The notes: a model not told the origin generated them from the sequence alone. Numbered from the stretch's first letter, positions 9,168 to 19,530 are shown. The stretch: DNA of 64,000 nt from an uncultured Acidobacteriota bacterium (GCA_963777605.1 CAVZRV010000008.1:224001-288000), one strand, 5' to 3'. Translations and numbers: made by a program.

Positions 9168-11309
9168 ATGGGTTTGATCAATCGTCGTGATTTCGTCAAG
9201 GCAACTTCCGCCGGAGGGGCAACAATCGGCTTGGCCTTTGGCCCGGTTTCACAGGCCCGGGGGAACGGTCCCGGTTCGAAGGGCGCGGGAACCTCTGATT
9301 TGAGATTTAGACAGGTCCATCTCGATTTCCACACCAGCGAGTTGATCGAGGGAATCGGAGCGGCGTTTGACCCAGAGGAGTTTGCCGATACCCTGGCATC
9401 AGCCCACGTAGACTCGATCACCTGCTTCGGACGTGGCCACCACGGCTACATCTACTATGACACCGGCCTTTTCCCGGAAAGGCGCCATCCTCACATGGAT
9501 AAGGCCCTTTTGCCCCGCCAGATCGAGGCCTGTCACAAAAGAGGGATCCGGGTACCGATCTACACGACCATCCAGTGGGACCACTTCACAGCTCAGGCCC
9601 ACCCAGAGTGGTTGATCCTCGATGGAGAAGGGAGACCGATCGGAACTCCCATCTACGAGGCCGGTTTCTATCGTTTTCTTTGTGTGAATTCCCCTTATCG
9701 GGAGTTCCTCAGACAACACATCCGGGAGATTTTCGGCCAGGTTCCGGTCGATGGGTTGTTTCTCGATATCGTCCAGGAACGAGAGTGTTCCTGTCCTTAT
9801 TGCCGGAAACGGATGTTTGAAGCGGGAATGGATCCCTCCAACCCGGCAGACCGCAGCCACTTCGCAGAACTCACCGTCAATGGCTTCAAGGAAGAGATGA
9901 CCGATCTCATTCGCGGATTCAGTAGTGACTGCACAATTTTTTACAACGCGGGACACGTGGGCCCTTACATTCGTGGAAGTGCCGATTCTTACACCCACTT
10001 CGAACTGGAGTCCCTGCCCAGTGGGAGTTGGGGATACCTGCACTTTCCCCTGACCGCTCGCTATGCTCGGACCCTCGGAAAAAGCATTCTCGGAATGACC
10101 GGGAAGTTTCACACCTCCTGGGGAGACTTCCATTCCTACAAGAACTCTGCGGCTCTCCAGTTTGAGTGTTTTTCGATGCTGGCCCTCGGGGCGTACTGCT
10201 CGATCGGCGATCAGCTCCATCCTTCGGGCCGGCTCGACCCGGCGACTTATGACTTGATCGGGTCGGTCTACGGGGAAGTGGCTGAAAAGGAACCCTGGTG
10301 TGCGGGGGCCAAACCGGTGACCGAAATCGCGGTTCTGTCTCCGGAAGAGTTTGTCGGCGGGCGACTTCCATCGGCAGCCCTTGGAGCGGTTCGCATTCTT
10401 CAGGAAGGCCGTCAGCAGTTCGACGTGGTCGATTCCCGGAGTGATCTGACCCCCTACAAGCTGCTGATTCTTCCCGATGTGATCCCCTGCGATGCAGCCC
10501 TCACCGAAAAACTGGAGGAGTTCGTGGAGCTGGGCGGGGCGCTGCTGGCATCCTTTGAGTCGGGGCTCTCTCCGGACAAAGCCGATTTCGCGTTGAAGTC
10601 ACTGGGCGTTCAGAAAGTCAGCGACGGTCCCCGGGACAGCGATGGCAATCTCGCCCGCGGCCGCTACTACCCGCGCCACGACTACGCGGAGTACGTCCTG
10701 CCGTCCGGCCCCCTTGGGGATGGCCTGCCTGCGGTTGAGCACGTCATGTACATCCGGGGACTCGACGTCGCTCCCATGGGAGGGACCGAGATTCTCATGT
10801 TCAAGATTGAACCCTATTTCGACCGGACCTGGCGTCACTTCTGCTCCCACCGGCAGACGCCGTCGTCGGGGCGAAAAGGCCGGCCGGCGGCGATTCGCAA
10901 GGGGCGTTGTATCTACTTTTCTCACCCCGTCTTCTCCCAGTACGACCGGAATGCGCCCAGATGGTGCCGCCAGTTGGTGCTCAATGCTCTGAACCTGGTC
11001 GTGCGGGAACCCCTGCTCCGGGCGAGTGGACCGACGACGATGATCGCGACCGTCACCGAGCAGCCGGAGCAGCAGCGCCGGGTGATTCACCTCCTCAACT
11101 ACATCCCGGAACGCCGCGGGGAGGATTTCGACATCATTGAGGATGTGCTTCCTGTCTACGAGATCGGAATCTCCCTCAGGGCTGACCTGAAACCAACCCG
11201 GGTTCGATCGGTGCCGGCGGACCAGGACCTTCCGTTCGAAGTCATCCAGGGACGGATCAATTTCCGGCTTCCGCGGCTCAAAGGACACCAGATGATCGAG
11301 ATCAGTTGA
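9168..11309 (+). CDS. Tat-exported GH151-like (GHL6 plus GH42-type trimerisation domain) alpha-L-fucosidase
   Basis: Twin-arginine NRRDFVK; LRFRQVHLDFHTS, DGLFLDI, HFELESLPSG.WGY, GKFHTSWGDF, SIGDQLHPSG. Confidence 0.8.
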   Translation: MGLINRRDFVKATSAGGATIGLAFGPVSQARGNGPGSKGAGTSDLRFRQVHLDFHTSELIEGIGAAFDPEEFADTLASAHVDSITCFGRGHHGYIYYDTGLFPERRHPHMDKALLPRQIEACHKRGIRVPIYTTIQWDHFTAQAHPEWLILDGEGRPIGTPIYEAGFYRFLCVNSPYREFLRQHIREIFGQVPVDGLFLDIVQERECSCPYCRKRMFEAGMDPSNPADRSHFAELTVNGFKEEMTDLIRGFSSDCTIFYNAGHVGPYIRGSADSYTHFELESLPSGSWGYLHFPLTARYARTLGKSILGMTGKFHTSWGDFHSYKNSAALQFECFSMLALGAYCSIGDQLHPSGRLDPATYDLIGSVYGEVAEKEPWCAGAKPVTEIAVLSPEEFVGGRLPSAALGAVRILQEGRQQFDVVDSRSDLTPYKLLILPDVIPCDAALTEKLEEFVELGGALLASFESGLSPDKADFALKSLGVQKVSDGPRDSDGNLARGRYYPRHDYAEYVLPSGPLGDGLPAVEHVMYIRGLDVAPMGGTEILMFKIEPYFDRTWRHFCSHRQTPSSGRKGRPAAIRKGRCIYFSHPVFSQYDRNAPRWCRQLVLNALNLVVREPLLRASGPTTMIATVTEQPEQQRRVIHLLNYIPERRGEDFDIIEDVLPVYEIGISLRADLKPTRVRSVPADQDLPFEVIQGRINFRLPRLKGHQMIEIS

Positions 11310-11365
11310 CGCCGGATCTTTTTGCAATCCCGCAGGATCGTTCGGTATCTTTGCCCCTATATTGG

Positions 11366-11374
11366 TGTTAGAAT
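11366..11374 (+). promoter_or_regulatory. Candidate extended -10 promoter (TGnTAGAAT) for the methyltransferase gene
   Basis: TGTTAGAAT about 40 bp upstream of TTG 11414, followed by a hairpin TCGGAAC..GTTCCGA and a GGAGG RBS. Confidence 0.35.
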
Positions 11375-11413
11375 CGGAACGTTTAGGGGTTCCGAAGTGG
11401 GAGGAGGCTGCTC

Positions 11414-12040
11414 TTGGGCGTTGGTGTAGAACACGTCGAGAAGGTTTATAATCGCTATTCTCGTTTTTACGACCTGATCTTCGGACCGTTCTTCGACAGC
11501 GGTCGAGAAGTGGCTCCGCTCCTGCTCGATCTGGGGCCCGGTATGGAGTTGCTTGAGGTCGGAGTGGGCACGGGCCTTTCCTTGCCGAGACTCCCGCGAA
11601 ATATCCAGATCACCGGGATCGATCTGTCGGAGAAGATGCTCCAGTACGCAGCCAAGCGACTGGAAGCGGAAGATCTCACCCAGAATGTGAAGCTTCTCAA
11701 GATGGATGCTACCCACCTGGAGTTTGAAGACAACTCCTTCGATCGTGTGTTGGCGGCGTACTTCATTTCGACCGTGCCCGACCCGATCAAGGTGATCCAT
11801 GAGATGAGGCGGGTGTGCCGGCCCGGTGGACACCTGGTCTTCCTCAACCATTTCCGAACCGAGAATCCGGTGATCGGTTTCTTTGAGAAAATCCTGTCAC
11901 CGCTGTTTTACCGGATTGGCTTCCGGACCGACCTGGAAGCCCATACCTTGATGGCGCAGTGCGGCCTGGAGATTGAAACGCTGGAGAGAATTGACTTCCT
12001 GGGACACTGGAAGGCAGTCCGGTGTGTCAACCCGGAATGA
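11414..12040 (+). CDS. pmtA: Class I SAM-dependent methyltransferase, phospholipid N-methyltransferase (PmtA)-like
   Basis: YSRFYDLIFG, LEVGVGTG, GIDLSEKML, MDA, RVCRPGG.LVFLNHF pattern typical of Rhodobacter-type PmtA. Confidence 0.7.
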   Translation: MGVGVEHVEKVYNRYSRFYDLIFGPFFDSGREVAPLLLDLGPGMELLEVGVGTGLSLPRLPRNIQITGIDLSEKMLQYAAKRLEAEDLTQNVKLLKMDATHLEFEDNSFDRVLAAYFISTVPDPIKVIHEMRRVCRPGGHLVFLNHFRTENPVIGFFEKILSPLFYRIGFRTDLEAHTLMAQCGLEIETLERIDFLGHWKAVRCVNPE

Positions 12041-12268
12041 TCAATCCCCGGCAGTGAGGGTCTCCGGAGTGGTCATCTGGCCGATGACGTCGTCCTCTCC
12101 GGTAACGCGAGGGGAATATTTCTGGGAGAGTTCGTACCGATAGGTCAAGGCCTCTTCCAGGCTGTGAAAAGCGGCCAGTTCGACCTGCTCCATGACCTTT
12201 GTATCCTGGTTGCTCTCTTCGTCGACCTGCTCAACCGTCAGCCAGACCCGGTAGAACCGCTTAGTCAT
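12041..12268 (-). CDS. Small acidic hypothetical protein (75 aa)
   Basis: ATG with GAGGAG RBS, non-overlapping, convergent with the methyltransferase; no motif recognised. Confidence 0.6.
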   Translation of the reverse strand: MTKRFYRVWLTVEQVDEESNQDTKVMEQVELAAFHSLEEALTYRYELSQKYSPRVTGEDDVIGQMTTPETLTAGD

Positions 12269-12733
12269 AAAGGAGTCTCCTCAGAACGGAAATTGGGTAT
12301 TCGTCGATCTCAGGCAGATTATCGGCGCTTCCCCGGCAAATAGCAATTCCTGCGTCTATGAACCCAAAAGGATGGGGCAATTGCCCCTAGATTGCCGGTT
12401 TATGCAGGGTTCGGCTGAGGAGAGGACGATCGGAGACGAAACCGGGATTTCTCCTCAGTATGGGATGCTCGCCACCTGAAACGCTTCGATCAGAAGCTCT
12501 TTGAGAACCCGCATGGCTGGCCCGACTGCTGAGATCTGCAACCGTTTGGGGTAACTCGTATCAGAGAAGTGTGGAGATTCTGAACTGGAATGGATGTTGC
12601 GTTTTCCACACGCACGCTTAGTCAGATTAGCGCTTTAGTTATTGACACGTAGTTTTTCCAGGGAACAGTTGATTTTTGTCGTGGGGCTAAACTTGGAGCG
12701 AAAGCCGCTGTTGCCTCAGCGGAGTCTTTGCCA

Positions 12734-14644
12734 ATGAATTCAACCAGCAACCTAATTGAGTCATCCGGTGCATCCTCTGGTCAGATTGAGACCAGACGAG
12801 TCAAAGAGCAGATCATCGAGATCGTCAGCGACTCCGGCGAGGGTGCGCAAACTTGCGGCCAGATGTTCGGGACCATTTGCGCAAAAATGGGGAACGGCGT
12901 CTGGACCGTTGAAATCATACCTGCCGAAATCGAGCCTCCCTATCGGTCGCGGGCCGGAGCGTCGGGGAACCGAATTCGTGTTGGTGCCAAGATGGTGACC
13001 AATGCCGGCGATGAAGCCGACGTGGTCATCGCCTTTAACGAACAGGTGCTTTACAGTCGAATCGACGTCGGTGCGCTTCGCCCCGGGACGATTGTTTTCC
13101 TGGATCAGGTCTGGAAGAACGATCCCTCTGAGGCTGTGCAGCGAGCATACGCCGATGCCTTTAAGGACTTCGAGGAGAAGGGTTACATCGTCATCGAGAT
13201 TCCTCTCCACGAAGAGACCCTCAATTTCACCGACGATCCCCGAAAGGGGAAGAACATGTGGGCGTTGGGGTTGCTCTGCTGCCTGTACAACTGCGACATG
13301 GATATCGCTCGCAGCGAGGTCCGTAAGAAATTCACGCGCAAGGGCGAGCAGGTGATCAACGTCAACCTGGAGATCCTCGAATCAGGCTACCAGTGGGCGC
13401 AGGAATTCATGACAGTTCGTTTCAGCGTCCCTCCTGAAATGCCTTCTACGCCGATGGTGGTCATGAACGGAAACCAGGCTGTCGGGCTGGGTGTCATGGC
13501 GGCCGGGATGGAACTTTGCGCCATGTACCCCATCACGCCGGCCACCTCCGCTTCCCATTACCTCTCGGCAGTGTTCAACACGGTTGGTGGATTCGTCCAT
13601 CAGGCCGAAGACGAAATCGCCGCAATAGGCTTCGCAATCGGCGCATCCTACGCCGGAAAAACCGCAGTGACCATCACCTCGGGCCCAGGCCTCGCACTGA
13701 AGACCGAGTTTTTGGGGCTGGCCGTGATGGCTGAAGTCCCCCTGGTGGTCGTGGTGGTTCAGAGGGGAGGCCCGTCAACCGGGTTGCCGACCAAGATTGA
13801 GCAGGGAGACCTGCTGGCGGTGCTCTTCGCCTCTCCAGGCGACAGCCCGAAAATCGTGATGGCCCCGGCGACGATCGAAGAGTGCTTTCACTTCATTGTC
13901 ACTGCCCGCAAGCTCGCCGAGGACTTTCGCGGTCCGGTCATGGTTCTGACCGACACGAACCTGGCGACCGGTCAGCAACCCTTCGCCCGCCCGAAGGTGA
14001 AGGAAGAGTGGCTTTCAGCGCCGATTGACCAGTCTGCCTGGGACAAGGAGATTGTTCCTTATGCGTGGGACCAGGAAACCGGTCTCTCCAGCCGGCCTCT
14101 TCCTGGACAGCGAGGTGGAGAGTATGTCCTGACGGGTCTGGCTCACGATGAGCGGAGCAAGGTTGCGTACGAGTCTGGGATCAACCAGCGGGCAATGGCG
14201 ATGCGGAGCCGCAAACTGGCGGCTTTGCACAAGAGTCTGAACCCGCCCGAAGTCTATGGCGACCAGGAAGGCGATTTGCTCCTGGTGACCTGGGGGTCAA
14301 CTCTCGGCGCCGCCCGGGAGGCAGTAGAACGGGTTCGAAATGACGGAGGAAATGTCTCGCACGTGCATTTGCGTTTCCTTTCGCCTCTCGAACCGGGTCT
14401 CAGGGAGATCTTCCGGCGGTTCAAACGGGTGCTGACGATTGAGATTAACTACTCCGACGATGTCGATGGAGTTTACATTACCGAGGAGAACAGACGCCGG
14501 TCACAACTGGCAAGGATATTGCGAGACGCGACCCTGGTGGATGTCGATTGCTGGTCGAAAGTACCGGGCAGCCCACTTCCTCCGGGCCGGATCGAGGAAG
14601 AGATTCGAAAGCGGCTGTCTTCGGCGAAGAAGGGACTGGATTGA
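12734..14644 (+). CDS. korA: 2-oxoacid:ferredoxin oxidoreductase alpha subunit
   Basis: N-terminal gamma domain (SDSGEGAQTCG), MNGNQA, intact YPITP, AEDEIAA, TSGPG, QRGGPSTGLPTK; GGAG RBS before ATG 12734. Substrate not determinable. Confidence 0.93.
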   Translation: MNSTSNLIESSGASSGQIETRRVKEQIIEIVSDSGEGAQTCGQMFGTICAKMGNGVWTVEIIPAEIEPPYRSRAGASGNRIRVGAKMVTNAGDEADVVIAFNEQVLYSRIDVGALRPGTIVFLDQVWKNDPSEAVQRAYADAFKDFEEKGYIVIEIPLHEETLNFTDDPRKGKNMWALGLLCCLYNCDMDIARSEVRKKFTRKGEQVINVNLEILESGYQWAQEFMTVRFSVPPEMPSTPMVVMNGNQAVGLGVMAAGMELCAMYPITPATSASHYLSAVFNTVGGFVHQAEDEIAAIGFAIGASYAGKTAVTITSGPGLALKTEFLGLAVMAEVPLVVVVVQRGGPSTGLPTKIEQGDLLAVLFASPGDSPKIVMAPATIEECFHFIVTARKLAEDFRGPVMVLTDTNLATGQQPFARPKVKEEWLSAPIDQSAWDKEIVPYAWDQETGLSSRPLPGQRGGEYVLTGLAHDERSKVAYESGINQRAMAMRSRKLAALHKSLNPPEVYGDQEGDLLLVTWGSTLGAAREAVERVRNDGGNVSHVHLRFLSPLEPGLREIFRRFKRVLTIEINYSDDVDGVYITEENRRRSQLARILRDATLVDVDCWSKVPGSPLPPGRIEEEIRKRLSSAKKGLD

Positions 14645-15600
14645 TGTACGGACTCAAGAAGGATTGGGTTCTTGAAAAACAGCCAAGGGTTTGTGTTCTG
14701 GAAGACTACCAGGGAGCGGAAGCGCGTTGGTGTCCGGGATGTGGAGACCATGCGGTACTGAACGCGGTGCAGCGGGTTGCGCGCGACCAGCAACTGCTTC
14801 CGGAGCGTACCGTGGTCGTTTCCGGGATCGGCTGCTCGAGCCGGTTCCCGCACTACATGAAGACCTACGGCTTTCACGGGTTGCACGGAAGAGCTCTGCC
14901 GGTGGCAACCGGAATCAAGAGCCGGCGGCCCGACCTGGAGATCTTCGTGATCACGGGCGACGGTGACTGTTGCGCTATTGGAACCGCTCACTGGATTCAT
15001 GCGATCCGTTACAACATGAACCTGACGGTCCTGCTCCTGGATAACAACATCTACGGGTTGACTAAAGCCCAGACCTCTCCGACGACTCGTACTTCCGAGC
15101 GGTCCAACACCCACCCGAAAGGATCATTTTTCGTTCCCTTGAACCCGATCTCTGTCGTTCTGGGAATCAGTAACGCGTCCTTCGTCGCTCAGACGGTGGA
15201 CTGGAACCCGCCTCATCTGTACGAGACGATCAAGGCAGCAAGGGAGCACAAGGGAACAGCTTTTGTCCGTGTTCTCCAGCGCTGTCCCCATTACACATCC
15301 CACGTGTTTGCAGAGGCACAGCACGACACCTCTCGCATCCTGTACCTCCAGCACCCCGACGGAATCAACGTTCCGGATCAGGTGGCGAAGACATTCAAGA
15401 ATCAGATGGTGCACGATCCCGCCAATTTGTCCGAAGCGCGCGATATCGCCGAGGAGCCGAACGAGGCGTTCCCGGTCGGCCTGATCTACTTGAATCGCCA
15501 TGCACAGCGATACGACGAGGTGACTTGTCAGGGGCTGGGGATGAGCCCGGTGAAGAAGATCGAAGCGATCGACAAGGCCCTCGATCGATTCATGGTCTAG
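14644..15600 (+). CDS. korB: 2-oxoacid:ferredoxin oxidoreductase beta (TPP-binding) subunit
   Basis: WCPGCG, SGIGC, HGRA, TPP motif GDGD..NN, YGLTKAQ, LQRCP; TGATG overlap with korA. Confidence 0.93.
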   Translation: MYGLKKDWVLEKQPRVCVLEDYQGAEARWCPGCGDHAVLNAVQRVARDQQLLPERTVVVSGIGCSSRFPHYMKTYGFHGLHGRALPVATGIKSRRPDLEIFVITGDGDCCAIGTAHWIHAIRYNMNLTVLLLDNNIYGLTKAQTSPTTRTSERSNTHPKGSFFVPLNPISVVLGISNASFVAQTVDWNPPHLYETIKAAREHKGTAFVRVLQRCPHYTSHVFAEAQHDTSRILYLQHPDGINVPDQVAKTFKNQMVHDPANLSEARDIAEEPNEAFPVGLIYLNRHAQRYDEVTCQGLGMSPVKKIEAIDKALDRFMV

Positions 15601-15627
15601 CCGCTGGGGGTTCGGCCGAGCGTCACA

Positions 15628-18600
15628 ATGGAAAACATTATGGGCAGGACGTCTGCCCGGGAGGCATCTCAGTTGAGAAGAACGCCCGAAATCGCGTCGG
15701 GAGAAGTGCTTGCTTCCGCTTTGGAGTGCGTTGAAGAACTCGAGCGGGCTATCTGCGGCGAGTCTGGGGTGGGGAGTCCCGCCTATGCGTTGGGACGGTC
15801 ACTTTCCGGACTCAGGTCGGCGGGTATCCGCACTGCGGAATGCCGGTGTCCAAATGGCCCCTCGAAGCCGACTCCCGTAGTCATTCACAGTCCGTCGTTC
15901 GCTGGCGTCGCGGAAGATGCCGGCTTGGTCCTCGTATCCGGATCGCACCAGGCGGCTCTCGAAAACTGCATCGTGGCCAGGAGGGTGGCCCAAACCCTGG
16001 GTATTCGTGTCGAGCACGTCATCGCACCCGGGACGGCTGACACCTTGGGTCTCGCTCGACTTCCAGAAACTGGGCAACTCGACAAACTCCTTGCCGAGTC
16101 CGGCGCCGATCCCTCACCGTCGGGCGATTTGGCCGCGGCGGTTGCTGCCGCGTTTGAAACGGTTCGAAGCATCGTGGGGAGCCGCACCTCGGCAGTCCGG
16201 TGCTCGGGCACGACGGACTCTCCGGTCTGTGTTGTAAGCCTGGGTGCCGGCAGTGCCTACTGCGATGAACTGGCTGAACTCCCGGGTGTTTCGATTCGCG
16301 CGATCACGGTAAACCAGTGTCGGCCGTTTCCGGCTGAAGATCTCAAGACTGCTCTTAAAGGTGCGGAGTCCGTGATTTTTGTCGCGGCGGAGGAGTCTCC
16401 TCTCCACCTCTGGTTTTCCAACGAGTTGAATGAACTGGGCGTTACTCCGGTGAAGACGGTGTTGCTTGAAGATCTTCCCGGTTCGGCTGAGGGCTTGGCT
16501 GGACTGCTTTCGGAGAAGCTTCCGCAGGAGCAACGCAAAGCTTTGGCGGCGGCACCGGCCAAGAGGGAAGTTCCCTCCCTGGCGATTGCAGTGCATCCAT
16601 CGGGATCCCGGGCCCGCAAGATCCTCCTGAGGACCGGCGCGACGTTGTGGACTGCACTGGGTCTCCAACCCGGCGATCTCGCCGTTGACGGGTCACGCGG
16701 CTGGACCGCGCTGCGGGCAGGCAAAGACTCTGCGGGACGTGAACTCGATCTGGTAGTTTTGTTCGAAGACCAATTGGCGGACTCAGCCCCGGACTTCGAA
16801 ATGATCCGCCGCGGTGGCGGGGTCATTCTGGTGGCCGGACAGAACCTGGAAGCTTCTTCCTCCTGGAGGAATCTGCCCAGGTCGATACGCACCCAGATCG
16901 AGCAGGGCAACCTTCGGCTCTGGTGGATCAATGTTTCGCAGGAGAATGGTTCGGAGTGCCGGCTCTTGTCCCGGGCGCTCGTGTCTGCGATGGCCTCCGC
17001 CCAAATGATTTCGGTCACCGGCCAGAGCCCGGTTTTTTCCCTTCACCAACTGGACCCGGGTGTGCTTGATTCCAGCGCCGGTCAAGAAATCGACTTCAGG
17101 ACCGGTGCCGGGCTTCCCGGAATGGAACGGCCGCGTGAGGATGCTGAAGCGGCGACGACGCTCCTCCGCCGACTGGTGGAATTTCACCTTGCCGGCACGA
17201 AGCCGGGAGATTCCGTAGCTGCTCCCCAGGTCAGTCCCATGATTCCGGCGGCAGTTCGTGCCGAGTCTCTCGGCGAATCCCATACCGTGTTTCCGTTCTA
17301 CCTTCCCGCTCCCTCTGCGGAGGACCGGCCGAGATCACTCGCGGAGTTATTCTCGGAGGCGCTGGGCAGTTCGGCAGCCACCACCGTGCTGGGAAGAGTG
17401 TTGCCGGATGTGCTGGCTGGACTGACGTCGGAGATTCCCGATGGCGGTTCTCTTTCGATGGATCGGCTGCGCCAGGCCGTAAAGGGACTTGAGGCCCGGA
17501 TTGATGTGAGCGCTGCCGGGAAGGTACAACTCTCGGGAGAACTGAAAACGGTTGAAGAGAGCTTGCCCGCGAAAGGTTCGGTGGTCGGTGTTGATGGCGA
17601 CACCTGGGCCGGCCTCTACCATTGGAGCCTCACACGGGAGCGCAGCGCGGTGCGCAACCGGCTGCTCTTGCAGGTCGAAAGGCTTCTGAACGATCTGGAA
17701 GCGCTCCTTCTCGCTGACGACAAGCTCAAGCCGGAATCGCGCACCGCACCCGCAATTCAGTCCTCGCTCGGGTTCGAGGGGACCCTGTTCATCAATGCAG
17801 GGCGCCTCTCGGGAATCATTCCCCCTGCGCAAGGGTCCCAGGGGCTTACGCCGGAACGGCGAGAGCGGGTCGCCGGGGTTTGTGCCAGCCTTCGCCGATT
17901 CATTGAAGAGTCCGCCCAGACCCCGGACCTGTACGTTTTTCAATCGGGTTCCCTGGAACACGAACTTGCCGGAGTAGTGACGGTGAGGTCTGAAGATCCA
18001 TTCGATGCCGCCCTGGGCCTGTTCGACGGTCTGGCCGCCAAGGTTATCGAAGCCATGAAGGCGGTTCGCGTGGGGAATCTGGAACTTTCGGGGGAATTCA
18101 ATCCGGAGGTCCACCAGCGGATTCTGGAAGGCTTCACCTGGGAGGCACTGAACGAAGATGAAGTGCTCCTGCTGCCGAGCATTCTGGTCGTGGAAAAGAT
18201 TACCGGACTGCCCCGTCGGACCCTTCCCGGGTTCCATCGACTGCTTCAGTCCGGCATGCCCATTCACGTGGCGGTCCTGATCGACGGGGCCGAGTGGTCG
18301 GATGACGACCTGCTGAAGCAGTTGAGGGGTGTTCTTCCGGATCCTGGCTACCTCGGCCTGGCTCACCGTGAAGCGTTCGTGCTGCAGTCGTCGGTCTGCC
18401 GTCCCGATCACCTGCTTGCCGGCCTCGGCCGCATGATGCGGGCACCCGGTCCGGGAGTCCTGGTGCTCGAATTTGCCAGTGCCCCTTCGGATTCGGCGCG
18501 AGCCTGGTCAGGTTGGCTTGCCGCCTGGCTGTCGCGTACGGTACCTTTTTACAGCTATGACCCGTGGAAGGGCGATTCCTGGGCGGACCGCTTCTCGGTC

Positions 18601-19509
18601 GACGGCAACCTCAATCCCGAGAGCGCCTGGGTAGTCACCGAGTTCGAGTGCCAGGATGCCAATGGGTCTGAACAGTCGGTTGCAGAGTCGATCACCTTCG
18701 CCCACTTTGCGGCCCTCGACAGTCGACTCCGGAGCCAGTTCTACGTTCTTCCCCACGAAATTGAGTCCGACCGGCTAATTCCGGTTGCGGAATATCTCGA
18801 TCGCCTCGACGAACTGCCCGAAGGCGCAGTCCCCTTCATATGGGTACTGGCGGACAAAGGTGAGAAAGTTCGTCGCGCCGTCATCACCCGGGACCTGTTG
18901 GCTGGATGCCGGGATCGCTCCCGTGCGTGGAGAATTCTCCAGGAGCTGGCCGGCCTGCGCAATGTTTACGTGGAGCGGGCGGTCAACACTGCTCTGGAAG
19001 AATCAGCTCGAAGGGCGCAAGTCGAACAGGATGCCGCCGTCAAGGCAGCACGCCGGGAAGGGGCGACGGAAGCGGTCGACAAGTTGGTCTCCGCACTTTC
19101 CAACCCCGATGCGCTTGTACGCGGTGCGGCTGTTGACACAGTTGCCCGACCGGCCGTAGCAATGCCGTCCACCGAATCGACTTCGGCGGCCCCCCAGGCG
19201 GAGGAACAATCTGAGCCCGCGGCTCCGGCGGCTGAACCGGAACCGGAAGAAGAAGAGCTTTCCGCCGAGCCCTATATCGATTCCTTTTTGTGCACGAGCT
19301 GCAACGACTGCATCAACCTCAACTCACGAATGTTCGGCTACAACAGTGACCGTCAGGCGTACATCGTGGATCCGTCGCAGGGCACGTTTTCGGAACTGGT
19401 TCGGGCGGCGGAATCGTGTCCGGCGAGTTGCATTCACCCGGGACTGCCTCGTCCCGGTGACAAAACCGCGACGCCTGAGCTCGTGGAACGAGCCAAAGCT
19501 TTTCAGTAG
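15628..19509 (+). CDS. Degenerate pyruvate:ferredoxin oxidoreductase-fold protein with C-terminal ferredoxin domain (pseudo-PFOR 1)
   Basis: PFOR-like remnants GRSLSGLRS, CRPFP, GLAHREAFVLQSS, PFYSYDP..DRFSVDGN, ITFAHFA, WRILQELAG; no YPITP or GDG; C-terminal CTSCNDC..CPASC. Confidence 0.8.
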   Translation: MENIMGRTSAREASQLRRTPEIASGEVLASALECVEELERAICGESGVGSPAYALGRSLSGLRSAGIRTAECRCPNGPSKPTPVVIHSPSFAGVAEDAGLVLVSGSHQAALENCIVARRVAQTLGIRVEHVIAPGTADTLGLARLPETGQLDKLLAESGADPSPSGDLAAAVAAAFETVRSIVGSRTSAVRCSGTTDSPVCVVSLGAGSAYCDELAELPGVSIRAITVNQCRPFPAEDLKTALKGAESVIFVAAEESPLHLWFSNELNELGVTPVKTVLLEDLPGSAEGLAGLLSEKLPQEQRKALAAAPAKREVPSLAIAVHPSGSRARKILLRTGATLWTALGLQPGDLAVDGSRGWTALRAGKDSAGRELDLVVLFEDQLADSAPDFEMIRRGGGVILVAGQNLEASSSWRNLPRSIRTQIEQGNLRLWWINVSQENGSECRLLSRALVSAMASAQMISVTGQSPVFSLHQLDPGVLDSSAGQEIDFRTGAGLPGMERPREDAEAATTLLRRLVEFHLAGTKPGDSVAAPQVSPMIPAAVRAESLGESHTVFPFYLPAPSAEDRPRSLAELFSEALGSSAATTVLGRVLPDVLAGLTSEIPDGGSLSMDRLRQAVKGLEARIDVSAAGKVQLSGELKTVEESLPAKGSVVGVDGDTWAGLYHWSLTRERSAVRNRLLLQVERLLNDLEALLLADDKLKPESRTAPAIQSSLGFEGTLFINAGRLSGIIPPAQGSQGLTPERRERVAGVCASLRRFIEESAQTPDLYVFQSGSLEHELAGVVTVRSEDPFDAALGLFDGLAAKVIEAMKAVRVGNLELSGEFNPEVHQRILEGFTWEALNEDEVLLLPSILVVEKITGLPRRTLPGFHRLLQSGMPIHVAVLIDGAEWSDDDLLKQLRGVLPDPGYLGLAHREAFVLQSSVCRPDHLLAGLGRMMRAPGPGVLVLEFASAPSDSARAWSGWLAAWLSRTVPFYSYDPWKGDSWADRFSVDGNLNPESAWVVTEFECQDANGSEQSVAESITFAHFAALDSRLRSQFYVLPHEIESDRLIPVAEYLDRLDELPEGAVPFIWVLADKGEKVRRAVITRDLLAGCRDRSRAWRILQELAGLRNVYVERAVNTALEESARRAQVEQDAAVKAARREGATEAVDKLVSALSNPDALVRGAAVDTVARPAVAMPSTESTSAAPQAEEQSEPAAPAAEPEPEEEELSAEPYIDSFLCTSCNDCINLNSRMFGYNSDRQAYIVDPSQGTFSELVRAAESCPASCIHPGLPRPGDKTATPELVERAKAFQ

Positions 19510-19530
19510 AAAAGCCAGGAGCGAATAAAA

